A DNA stretch of 64,000 nucleotides from Bugula neritina. Lineage: Eukaryota > Animalia > Bryozoa. The position numbers were made by a program, and so were the translations under genes. The stretch is from the NCBI GenBank assembly GCA_964035545.1, contig OZ037768.1:6480741-6544740 (forward strand), given 5' to 3'. This document shows, one piece after another, positions 26,761 through 40,000 of the stretch. The notes below the pieces were generated by a model. That model was not told where the DNA came from. It was given only the letters and a program-made list of their open reading frames with translations, and searched no databases. How positions within the stretch are numbered: position 1 is the first letter of the stretch; each line of letters opens with the position of its first letter.

Positions 26761-28076
26761 TAATAAATGATTGTAACTATTCCACTTATAAAAAATTAAC
26801 TAGAGACACTCTAATACTATTAGTAATACTATATTACTATTGCAATTAGACTTGGTATTAAAATTATAACTACTACTAGTGAATCACATCATCATTATGA
26901 GTATGACTAATAGTAATACTATCATTATCATTATGATTGAAATTTAGTTTTACTAGTACTTTAGTATTACTACTAGTATTAGTATAAGTATTACTAATAG
27001 TTATAGTATTAGTGTTACTATTACTATTAGTCACTATTATTAATGTGAATTTTAGTACTAGGTTAAATGTTAGTGATAGTCATACTCATAGTGTATTGAT
27101 CAATTTGTAAATAGTTTATGACACTCGTGAGGTTTAGCTTATTTATCCTAGTAAATCCTTTATTTTTTGAGCTAAGTTTTAATATGATTGCTTATTTTTA
27201 TTACCAAGACATTGAATCTATGACATAGAAATTCTTCTATAATTATCTTAAATTAGTTTAGGTCTTTAAGATATGGTAATATTCATATTGCATTATTGGT
27301 ATTTTAGATAATTATAACGTAAACTATAGTGATTTTTTAAATATCTTAATACCTGCTCTTTATTTAGAACACTTTTATTAATAGTTGAATACATAACAGC
27401 TGTGTCTATAGACTTAGCCAATGACTTATAAAAACTGACTAGCTGAATCAATCAGCATTTTACTCTAATCAAGTAAGGGTGAAACCAAATCTCATTGAAT
27501 ATTAGAAAATTTTGAACCAATAGCATGTTCAATGTTCCGCTTTATATGTTTGGTACTGCTAGTATTTGGTAGTAGTTTTATAGGCCTAACAATACTATAT
27601 AGTATATAGCATTGTAGTATTATTAGAATAGTTGCAGGTTTAAAGTCGCTGTATGAGATAACAATTTGATCGATTTTAAAAAGCTCATGTAAAATACATA
27701 AAAAAATTTTAAGATTCTACATCTTGCTATTTATTACATTCAAATTTGTAAAGTTAGATAGATACAAACATTGTAAGTTGAGTTTGAATTTGAATTAAAT
27801 GAATTTAAAAAAAAAGAAGAGCTCTGAAACTTTGGAAAATTTTAATTTACAAACAAGTCACACCTACAGTCACTGTGTATATAATAACATTAGTATCATT
27901 CTAAAATATTTTAGCTTTTCAGTCACTCAGTTTTTAAATAAAGTTTTGAGAACTTTGCTTATTCAGTTCTAATTCTGCCAATGATCAATGATGTCTGATT
28001 ATTGCCACTATTTGTTAGTAATAAAATACATTCTTGTTATAGTTGTTGAGATAAATGGTTACTACTCTGAATTGCA

Positions 28077-31000
28077 ATGTCTGAGTTTGAGAAGAAGAGA
28101 AGGGCAGCTAAAATAGGTGAGTGGACTAAGAATTTCTAGCAGGCTTTACTGTAGTGTTTGATAACAATAGTGAGAGTATAGTTGTTTGTTATCCCATTAG
28201 TTAGCTGTAGCTTTTAGTGTACACAACTTTTTAATTTATTTTCTATAAAAATATCTTATTTACTAAATAATGCACTGTTCACTCGTTCTTTTTATTTCTG
28301 AATCTCAGACTCTTCTATCATATTACTCAAGCTTATAAACTTCATGGGCAGATTTTCTATTAGGGTTGAAAAACTAAATTTATTTGCTATAACTGTAACT
28401 ATGTAGTTTTTGTGACATGAAAACTGCAAAATATTACACTTGCATGCAATTATAATGTGTACTACCATAACAATAGCAGTCACATGAAATATATAATTAC
28501 ACAAAGTATCCATTAGCTTAGATGGCACATCAAACATTTAAATTTATGGTTCATTATTTTTTGGATATGTTGTAGAGGCTGGGCCTACTATCAAGCTTAC
28601 TTCTTCAGGATTCTCAACTCTAGATGTCAGTGTTTATGAAGGGCAGGTGAGTGTTACAAACTTTAGATGTCAGTGTTTATGAAGGGCAGGTGAGTGTTAC
28701 AAACTCCAGATGTCAGTGTTTATGAAGGGCAGGCGAGTGTTACAAACTCTAGATGTCAGTGTTTATGAAGGGCAGGTGAGTGTTACAAACTCTAGATGTC
28801 AGTGTTTATGAAGGGCAGGTGAGTGTTACAAACTCCAGATGTCAGTGTTTATGAAGGGCAGGTGGGTGTTACAAACTCTAGATGTCAGTGTTTATGAAGG
28901 GCAGGTGAGTGTTACAAACTCTAGATGTCAGTGTTTATGAAGGGCAGGTGAGTGTTACAAACTCTAGATGTCAGTGTTTATGAAGGGCAGGTGAGTGTTA
29001 CAAACTCTAGATGTCAGTGTTTATGAAGGGCAGGTGAGTGTTACAAACTCTAGATGTCAGTGTTTATGAAGGGCAGGTGAGTATTACAAACTCTAGATGT
29101 CAGTGTTTATGAAAGGCAGGTGAGTGTTACAAACTCTAGATGTCAGTGTTCATAAATGGCAGGTGAGTATTACAAACTCTAGATGTCAGTGTTTATAAAT
29201 GGCAAGATTGCTGATTTTCAAAAGGCTACAAACAGCTGTTAAAAAAGCTACCGCTAAATTAAAATTCTTAGAACTTAGATTTCTTTGCATGTTCTATTTA
29301 TAAGGATACATTTTTTTACAGTCATTTAACTTAATTTTGTTAATTTTATTATTTAAATCCATTAACTGCTAACACTTTTGTAAATGACTAATCATAAACA
29401 ACAATGAACATTTTTTGCTTGGCTAATGAGCTAAAATATATCTGGTTGTAGGTGCTAACATTTGAATGGAATGAAAAAAGTGGAGAAGGGTTAAATGTTG
29501 AACAGGTATTTGTGAAATATTTATTGCATCCAATGACAACAACAATTTATGTTATACAAATGCATGTATTTGTTTTAAAACTTCAGTTAAAGTTTTTCAA
29601 AGGCTTTGCAGCCACCCTGCTAAAAAGGTTTATGGGTCTATATTCCCGTTATTGAGTTGTAGAATAGTTTTCGATGTTATGACATTAATTACTGAGTTTA
29701 GCTTGCTCTCTCTTGTAGCAGCAATATACCTTACTATAAGCCAACAATTTGTATTTTCCCTTAACTTAATATATTGCAAGTGATAATTCTCAAACCCTTA
29801 TATATTTATTCATAATGTAAGCTTATAGTTACATTGATTGTTGGTATTCATAAATGCTCAATATTAATACATTATGAATGCTTATGTACTTGTCTACCAT
29901 TTTCAACAGATAGTAGCTGTAGAAAATACGAGCAGAACAGTTCCTGGCGGCCATTGTAGTGGTGCCAGATGTAGAAGTGCCACCTACAATGTTCAGTTCA
30001 ATCTTGCTGGTGAATACACATTTACCAGGTAGGTGCATATCTACTGTTTTCCATTAATTTTGTGTAATAAGATGCTTTCAGGACTCAGTGAGTGATGCAG
30101 CTAAATGTGGTGTGTTACTGGTGGTTTAAGTACTTGCTAGTAAAATGAACTCGCTGTAACATATCACTAGTCATGCAATTTGTTTGTTTCTCTATCTCTC
30201 TATATTACCGCCAATATATTATATATTTAATTACTATAATATGCCTTCTACACAATCTTTAGTAGTTGAAACATGGCAGTTTTGAATTATTAGAAATATA
30301 ACATTTAGGCAAGAATGTTTTGCTTTTCTGTTTTTAATGAGATTTTTAGCTTAAAATATAAGTTGTGCTATATTGCTTCTAACTCATCAAGTATGATATT
30401 TTTGTGCTAATGCCTAGTTTTTCAGGATAGTTTGTGGATAAACAGGAACCACTAGATATACATACATACATACATACACACATTTATAGCCTTCATACAC
30501 AGTGCCTATTCACCTATTTTCTTTAGGCTTAGCTTGTAATCAACATGAATTTTATAATGTTGGTGAATTTGGTGGCTAGGCTTTTTACTTCAGTCAATGT
30601 ATTTGGATGACAATGATGATAATAATATTATATAGGAAAGCTTTTCGCATGAACAAATAAATCGAAGGCGTGGCGCGTAGCATTACAATAAGCGTAATAC
30701 AAAAACGCTATTAGCATTAATGCAATCATGAAGCATCGGTGGTTCAGTGGTAGAATTCTCGCCTGCCACGCGGGAGGCCCGGGTTCGATTCCCGGCCGAT
30801 GCATTTTTTGCTTTTCTTAATAGTGAACTGGTGTTCAAGTTTGTTTTACAAAAACACGCATTATTGCTTTTTCTTTATAGTAATGGCTTTAAAAAGAAGG
30901 CTAAACCATTGAACGTCACCGTCACCCCTCGCCCACATTATGATGTAAAAATTTCTGACAATGGATTTGATATGAAGATCATCACCATAGATGAAGGAAA

Positions 31001-34000
31001 TTGGATTAACTTTGTGTGGAGAGAAAAAAACTGCAAAATCCCACATTCAGTTACGCAGCTAGAATTTTGTGATCAGCATTGTGGATTCACTCCAAAAAAG
31101 CAGCGTGGGTTAGTGCAACAATGCCGTTAAACCACCAGTTAGCTACTAAATCTATTTTACCACTCTTTAAGTTTCAAGCTTGGTCAATATGTGAAGATAC
31201 AGTAACTTAGCAGATATTATGAAAAGTTTTGCCTTGACATGTTTTTTGACGCAAGGAGACTAAGTGCTATATAAAATTGATTTGCTTGCCAAAAGTAGTA
31301 TCTAGGCATTTCTTTTAGCCGTATGTAATGTACACCATTGCAGTAAACACGAGAGCTACTGGGGTGGTGTTCTACTCAATGATATGGTTTAGACACGCTA
31401 AAAGATGATTAGAGTGTCAATATGAATACAAGTTGTTAGCCATTTCAGTCTGCGTAGGATCTGCTACTTGCTAGAAGGAGTGCCAGTCAATCGTATCAGT
31501 GATTGTTTGCATTGAACGCTATTGTTAAGCTTATTGATTTTCTTTTGATATGATATTTTATATAAATCTAATCTTTGTAGAATTGTGCCAACACTGAATG
31601 GAAGTTATGAGCAAGAATTCAAGTATGTATACCTACAGAATATATCATTGATGTTTTATTTTATACGGAATACTGTATTGAATATTCACACCATAGTATC
31701 AAATTACCACTTCATGTTGATTATTAAACAAGAGCCTAGTTACACTCTACACATTGAATATTGAAGTACAGAAACTTTTGCACAAACACTGAACAAAACC
31801 CCACAATCCTATCAGAAACATATAGGTTATATAGACTATCATAATCAAGTTTATCTGTTTTTGCTAGAAAAGTTGTGATTAAAACTATCTATGTGCAATA
31901 CTTTAAAAAGTAGCCATATAAACAGTTGAATCTAGAAAAGTTACAATGCCAATTGATTTTTTTTATTATGTCTAGACTAATGTATTTAGATCGTTGAGCA
32001 TTTTATGAAACTTTGAACCAATTTTCTTCATATCTTAAAACGAGGATCTATTACACCATCTAAAGCTAAATATTTTTGCTCTATATTTTTGTTTTTCATT
32101 TTGTCAAATTCGTGGGACGATTTTACTGTGTATATATATACCTGCTATGACTCTTTAGGGTTCCTGGTCTATACTACTTTCATACACAAAGTGCTACACC
32201 AGAAGAATCTGGAATTTGCGTGGTGCATGTCAATGAAGTCAACAGGTAAATTATTTTTCAGATTAGAATTTATATTACCTACATCTCATTACTATGGTTG
32301 TCATGCTAATTCTATCCTCTAGTTGATCTGTTTTATTATGTAATCATTGATTTTTTAAATGCAGAGAATACAGAGTTGAAGTAAAGGAGAGGAGGTTTGA
32401 GCCAATGATATTGCTGATTGAACAAGGAGACAAAGTATGGTTCAGCTGGACGTCTACCAAAGACTCTCACTGCGTCTATCAGATAACACCACCAGATCCG
32501 GACCATCCGGCAGCGGATGAGTATAGAGCGGTGAGCTGCTGCATACGCTGCCAATAAAAATTCTACTTATGGATTATGTTGAAAAGATTTGATTACATTT
32601 TAAGCCAAAGAACACAGTAATGATTGAACAGTTTTTAGTCATGTCAATAAAATAACTTTGTAAGATATTAGATTCATTTATCTACTAACTTGTTAATAAC
32701 TTAAATGCTGGATTGTGTTATACTAATCATGTTAATATTATAGTTTCATTTACTAACTTAAGATTTTAAATTTGGTTATTTACTAATATCAGTAAAGTTT
32801 CTAATAACTTGAATTTACATTGGCTTGTGTGATGCTTCAGGTGAGAGGTGGGTTCGCATGGCATGAGCCAAGTACGACAGGCCTGGTAGCCCATCAGTTC
32901 ACTCAACCTGGAGTCTACTATTACACTGACAGAGACTTCTCTTATGCTGCTGACTACATGGGCACCATTATAGTCAAACCTAAACAAAGAGAGCACTTTG
33001 TCAATGTGCAGCCTAATGCATACACACCTGGTATGTTCTCTACTTTCTAATTTTGAGAAAAAGCTTAGCTACCCATTATTAAAGTTTAAATTTGTCTGTT
33101 ATAATATAGTGCTGGTTCTTAATTTCAATGCCAGCATTTAGTTACTAGAGGTAATGCACACTCACTAGGATTGTATGTAGTTTGATGAGAAAAAGTTCTT
33201 ATATGAATTGTAACATATTTGTTGTTGACTATAATGCTATTGCTATATTATATTGATGTAGCTATGTTATTTATTTTAATGCTATTGCTATGTATTGGTA
33301 TAGCTATACTAAATGCACAAACTGGAGACAGAATATGGTGGCAATGGACCCCAAAGGAAATGGCGAAAGCTTTTGCCATCCAGCAGCTTGAAAGTTGTTT
33401 AAGTTTATCAGCTAAAGACAATAGAGATCATAAATGTGAAGGTATAGTGGGTTTACTTTAGTTCTTGTAGGTTGAACTGTTGATGAGTTTCTCAGCAGGT
33501 AAAATTCTATTTGTTGAGACTCATCAGTGTTACTGTAAGAACTATGTGGTTAGGATATTTATTATAGAACTCAAATTGATTGGCAATAGTCTAGAAGTAA
33601 CCTCCCAAAAAGTGCTCAAAAAATTGGCTTATTACACTTTACTAGGTGGCCACTCAAAAAAAGTTGTTTTTAGATCAGAATTTTGTGCTGATTCTGAATC
33701 TACAAATTCTAGAATTCTATCTCTACCCAAACTCAAGTTATTGCAAAAAACAAATCGACATCTTAAATGGGTGATAAAAAGAAATGTGGATTGTGCAAAA
33801 TAGTATCCAATTTTAACAAGCTATCTTGAAGAAAAAATATTTGCCTCTTACTTAAAATTCTATGCTGTTACTGAATTTAAAGACTGCAAGACGCTATCTC
33901 AAATTAAAACCAAGTTGCTTATATAAACGTATATGTTTGTTATGAATCGCCATATTGCATGCGGCATATGCATGCAGAATAATTGTATGACCAAGCTATT

Positions 34001-37000
34001 TATACAAAAATAAAAACAAAGTCATGCTGATGTGTGAAAAAACTATATTTATAAAATTATAGCACAAAATAAATCTTGAAATGAATAAATATTGAAACCT
34101 TTTGAGCACAGCCCAAGTGAATCATTTGCTAGTCTGTCAGTAGCCATTAGACATCTGCAAAAATCAACAAGATTCTGTAAAACTATTTAGAGAATCAGAA
34201 GCATGAGAGATGATCAAAATCAAATTGGTTGCAGTAAAATATATAACAAATGTCTAAAAATAGTGCTTCATTATGAAAAAGTATTCTCGCCATCATTGTC
34301 ACTGCCGTCAGTTTCATCAGCTTCTTCTTCCCCAATATAGCGCTTCTTTTCAGACAATCCTTACATTGACGAACATCAGTGCATGCACTGCATTTGAGAC
34401 TTCTGACATCCACATCTTGATACGTTGCAGCTGGTCTTACAGGAGCAGTTTAAACTTTGCAATATACATGTTCAGGTGCGGAAGCTTGAATCATCCACTT
34501 TTTATTTATGCTGCGATGATGCTCAACAGTGCTTTCATAATGTTCTGGGGGTGGTGCATCAATATAGGCTGTTGTCACCTTTCTCTAAATGGCGGCTTGA
34601 TAATCTGCTCTTTTTACGCGAAAATTTAATTCATCTTTTGTTGGAGGCAAACTGTATTGAGTTATTTTAGACGGTGAACAAAATATAGCGTATCGGACAT
34701 CATCTATATTTGAATTTCCTGCTCCATAAAGTTTATAGACAAATTGTTCTACTTCAGCCACTGTAATGGCTGACAGCTTGAAATACTTCCCGGGGTGTTC
34801 AAAGTTTCCCATACATTCGGGATATTTTCCCAAAAGAGAATAGGCTGTGCGCTATCATTTTCCATAAAAAGCACTATAGTCGAATCACAACCTGTTAAAG
34901 CATGAAATCTAGTAAGTGCTGCATACAACTGCAGTCCGGATTTATTTGCTGCAATGTTAATTGATATTCAAATACCTAATATGATTATGGTTTCCTCCCA
35001 GATAGACGCTATTTTTATTTTGTTACCATATATATTAATATTACCTATATAACTGTTGTATTGATTGCTGAATAGCTAATATGCTAATAGCTATAGTAGC
35101 TAACATGAATTATCTAAAATAATATTCTATTATTTTTACGAATTTGTGTGGGACAAAAGGTAGTAATACATTAATAATAGACACTATCTTTAAGTGATAC
35201 TTTTTAACAAAATATCTTTTTAAACAACAGGCAAGATGTATAAAATATACAAAATTAATAAGTTAATTCGGATCAAAGGAATTTATTTATGTGCTAAATA
35301 ACAAGCAATTGATCCAAGTTTATTTAATTATACATATATTTCAATAATATTAAAATAAGTTGCACATGAAAATACATTTTACCAAAATAAATAACTAGCA
35401 TCTAAGTAGGAAATTTAGCCTAGCCTCTATCTGGCATGACACCATGATTACCACACCCGTGAAAAAATATAATTGGTGAGAAGGTAACGTTTTGCAAATA
35501 GCGAGACATCAGTGTCTTGAGATTTGATTATTACACGTGGGCTTATGATGTTCATAAGATATTTTGCATGTAACAAAGTTTGTGTATCTGCTTCCTCATG
35601 ATCTAATTGTAAACATTTGAGTTCTGCTTTCTTAAAAATGCCACCATGTTCAAAAAATTCTAGCTGAATGCAATTTTTTTTGGTATGCAACAACTATAAT
35701 AATAATAATATTGTTCTCTAAAATATGTTTACTCCATGTTTCACACAAAAATGCACCAGTCTCAAACTCAGCTTGTTTTAGTTGCTGATAAGAAATTATT
35801 ATTTTTGTGACAAATGGCACACATGAAAAAAAGTACATATGCCTATGATCTTTGAATAAAGCAGCTCAAGGTCATTTTTCTAATGGGTGGCCTAAATATA
35901 ATCACATATATTTTAAATTATAGGGAAGCTTTAGGGTATTTCTTCTGTAACTATAAGTGAGCTAAATTGACTCTAGAGTCATTATATCAAGATAGTATAA
36001 AAATATGCATTTTAACCAATTTTAACCAATTGCTTATTTATATATAGTTCAGCTTAAATTTATTGGCAAAGCTCAATCATACACATTTAAAATATTATTT
36101 TCCGGAGTCCAGACCAACCTACCCATGCTTCTCATTACTTTTTTGTAAAAATAGTTATTATAATAAAAATCGTGAAGAAAATCATTATCAGACACAGCTT
36201 TACTTATAATTCGGCTTTTTTATAGCTGATCAATAATAATGTTTGCCTTATAACTAGCAAACCCATTCCTTTGCTTGTTTTCGTCCATATAGCCCACTTT
36301 TTTCAGATGTTTTCACAAGGAAATCACTAGAATTAAACTCAGAGAAGTGAAAAATACATCTGTGATTATCTGCAAAAGTTTTTGCTTGTATATATAATAA
36401 ACTAGCTTCAATAATTCCAAGATAATATTTAATGGATTTGGACAAAGTTGTGGGGAAACAACTCCTGTAAAAGTTTAAAGAGCTTTTGTGACTAAGTGGG
36501 TGGACAAAAAAATTTAGAGTTTTTAACACAGAAAAGTGAAAAAAGTATCTATAATTATCAGCAAAATTATTTTGCTTATATAAAATAAATTAGCTTGAAT
36601 AATTCCAAGATATTTAACCGATTCACAAAAACGTTAAGAGAAGACAACTCCTGATTCAATTTAAAAGTTTGAAGCGCTTTTGTGGCTAGCTGGGTGCGCA
36701 GAACAGTCTAGAGTTTTCACAGATTAATTAGAACCCTTCAAACTCTCCATTTCTAAAAAAATTGTGTGGCCACCCCTCGGAGTGTAATGAGTGAAAGATA
36801 ATTGGAGGTTACTTCTAGACTACAAAGCTTTACTGTTGAATGAATTGTGAGTTGAAGAGTTAAAAATAATTTAAACTAATAATTCTGTTAGCAATTTTCA
36901 TAATTGCAATTTTTTTAAAAGTTAAATGTAGGTAAATCATTGCTAAGTATCTTAAATTTAATGTGAGTAACCTAATTTTTTAAGTACCTCTATGTTTTAA

Positions 37001-40000
37001 AATGGAGAATTTAAAATCTCTCCTGTTTGTTTTCTTTGAACAGCCTAAATATTCTGTCATAACATATATATACTAGTTCTGTGTTTCATATATTCTAGGC
37101 AACTGTAAAGGAATGACTCAGAAGCAGATGGTGCAGTTCTGTAAAGCTGGAATGCAGACAACAGTAGTAAACTCTGTGGGGCTTTATCACTATAAGATAC
37201 CAGAAGTTGTGAACCATCTTCCCACTTCCTCTATTGTAGTGCAATCTGGTGCAAGGGTAAGTTAATTCGGTACTATGACACATTTCTTGTTAAATTGTAC
37301 TCCGTTATATTTATGGCATGTATTGTAGAAAATAAAATTGTAGTGTTGAAAATTTTATTATAGTGCATAGCTTTTAGCTTTAAATATCTTTAAAAAAAAT
37401 ATTTTCTTTGCTTTTGTAAGCATTTTGACTTTACATATTGTTACCTATTACTACCATTCCTAAATTTGTAGTGACAATTAAAAAGATTTGCTATTAAAAT
37501 TTGTAGGTTGCTGTATTTTTTGTGTTACTGCACTCAGATCATATCTTATTTAAATGATGACCTGGTAGCAAAATATTCTGCATATTACCACTACTGCAAA
37601 CTGGGGTCATTTTTACAATTCATCAATAAAATTAAAACTTGGAGCTGCTATTTTTCATTATTTATTAGTTTGAAATTGCTAGAGATTGGCAAGCCAACCT
37701 TTTAAGTGTAAGTATACTATAACATTTTTCATCTATTGTAGAATGTCACAGTAAGGGTGGATGACAGTGGGTTCCATCCTCGCTCTATCACTGTCACCCC
37801 CAACAGTCGAGTTTGGTTTATCTGGCAGTCCGCTGAGAAACATCACAATATAAGACAAGTAACCTATCATGGGACTCCAGTCAAAAATGGTTTCTGCAGT
37901 GGGGCACCCAGACAGGCCCCCTCCGCCTTCATGCATCAGTTTAGCACCCCGGGGGTGTTTTATTTTGTCAGGTAAGCAATGATTTATTTCGTTATTTGGT
38001 TAGAATTTAAAAGGTTATTTGAGAATATTTGTCTTATTCACCATAGAATCAGTTTTTTATACAGTTTTCGTGATATTTTCTTTTCAGTAAACTGTGTTTT
38101 TATCATGTTATAGTCTGACAAAGTAATACTCTAATTTCATTTACTACTTGTGATATGCAGGTAAAAAAAGAGAAAATAACAAGAGTATAAAATTATCATA
38201 TGCATAAAGCCAAGTTTATTCTACTTAAAGCTACTATATATACATGTACTGTAGCAAATCGCTGCCGAGACTGTTTGGTGCTGTGGTGGTAGCCACACAA
38301 CCTAAAGTGCACACAGTGGATGTGCGGGGAAGTATCAAACCAGACCCTCTGCTCATACAAGAGAATGATGTAGTTGCCTGGAGCTTCAATGAGCAGAAGA
38401 ACTATGATGTCACGCAGATTCATACGGTGAAGCAGGTCTTGAGTCCACAGAGCAGGATGGTGCCACCCAGGTGAGTAGATGAAGATTACATGTAGCTTAC
38501 CTCACAAGTGTGTCTGCTTATATCTCTTGGTATATTATATTACTATTATGCAATGCAGCTGCCTACGTCTCATTGTTTCAATCAAGAAACTCTAATTGAT
38601 TGATTTAGCTAAACGTTCAATTCACTTGTATTGTTTTACACTACAATAGATTTTAATTTGGTTAGTGTTTAGGGCAGTGTTGTGGAGTATGTCCATTTTT
38701 CCAAGAATTCTAGCTTGTATTTCTTCATTTATAAACATGTAATTGAAACCTATTATGAAAATTTCAGGCTGTTGATGAACCGAACATTTGTTGACTTTGG
38801 AATGTTTCACTTCACCAGCAACTCCATGATTGACAAACGGAATCGAGGCTCTTCCACTTCTCTGGTGGAAGTTGATGATCTCAGAATTAGCAGTGTTATT
38901 GTTGATGAACACAGAGGTATTCTTCAGCTTATTAAATTAGCTAACACTTAATTGCATATATTAACTGTTGTCTATAATTCTCTTGCAGAACTTGTCTGTC
39001 AACTCCTTCTAAATGGTTAAACTACATTTGTTTAGATTGCAAGTGTGTGAGACTAGACTCTAACGGTTTTCACCCAAGAAATGTAACGATAAAGAAAGGC
39101 CAAAGTGTCCTGTGGACATGGAAGAATGAACATGAACAACCTCACAATATTATCCATGTCAACTCTCCCGATAGTGAGGTATGGGTGAATTCATTAAACT
39201 GTGCATTAGAATGTTTTCCATTATAATCCTATTTTGTTTACTTCCAGTTAGATTGTATAGTGACTAATTTATTACAGTATTGTAATATTCATTATGCTAC
39301 TAGATCTTTCATGAGTTTGTTTCTTCAATAATATTTAATAATTTATAGGTTCACATGTTTCCTTTAGCTCTTTATGCCTTTAAATTGAACTAGTAATTAT
39401 TTAAAAATTTTTTTACATAAACCAGTCATTTGTTTGCATTTGTTAGAGTCACGGCAGTGATGGGTTTGTCTACCCATCTCAATCGGTAAGCTTGAAACAT
39501 TTCCGTTTAATGGATACAATATGTTATTCATTTGCACTTTAAATAGTTTGAAAAACATAAGTATGTTTTTTAATTTTTGAAAATGCCTTTTACAGAGATA
39601 GTGCATGTTGTAAAACTATAGCACACTCATATCAATTTCACAAACCTTATCGGGATTTTTCAATTAGCACGCCTTTGATTATTTTGTGAAGCAATTTTGT
39701 TGTCAGCATTCTATTATATTGACTGTTCACTAAGTGCACAATCTTATTTTCTGATACCATCATTTTTGCTAATCTAGCAAAGATGTTGCATGAGCAAGCA
39801 ATATATGCTATTCACTGATTTTAGGCCCCGTTGAGTGTGGTGCATGGTAAGAACGCTTTCAACAGCGGCAAAGTGGTGAAGCACAATTCATACATGTTCA
39901 CTTTTGATGATGATGGGCATTACTGTGTAGCCTCAGAAGGGGCTCCAGGTTACGCTGGCTCTGTAAACGTACTCGGCTCTGGTGAGTATAATTGATGCAT

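Noticed and set aside
28616-29205. Regular repeat array as a CRISPR
   Set aside because: The units are contiguous and near-identical with no unique spacers, the context is a eukaryotic intron, and there are no cas genes.
30747-31130. 127-aa ORF as a standalone gene
   Set aside because: Its 5' part is the tRNA read as codons. Only 30881-~31108 is a real exon of the giant gene.
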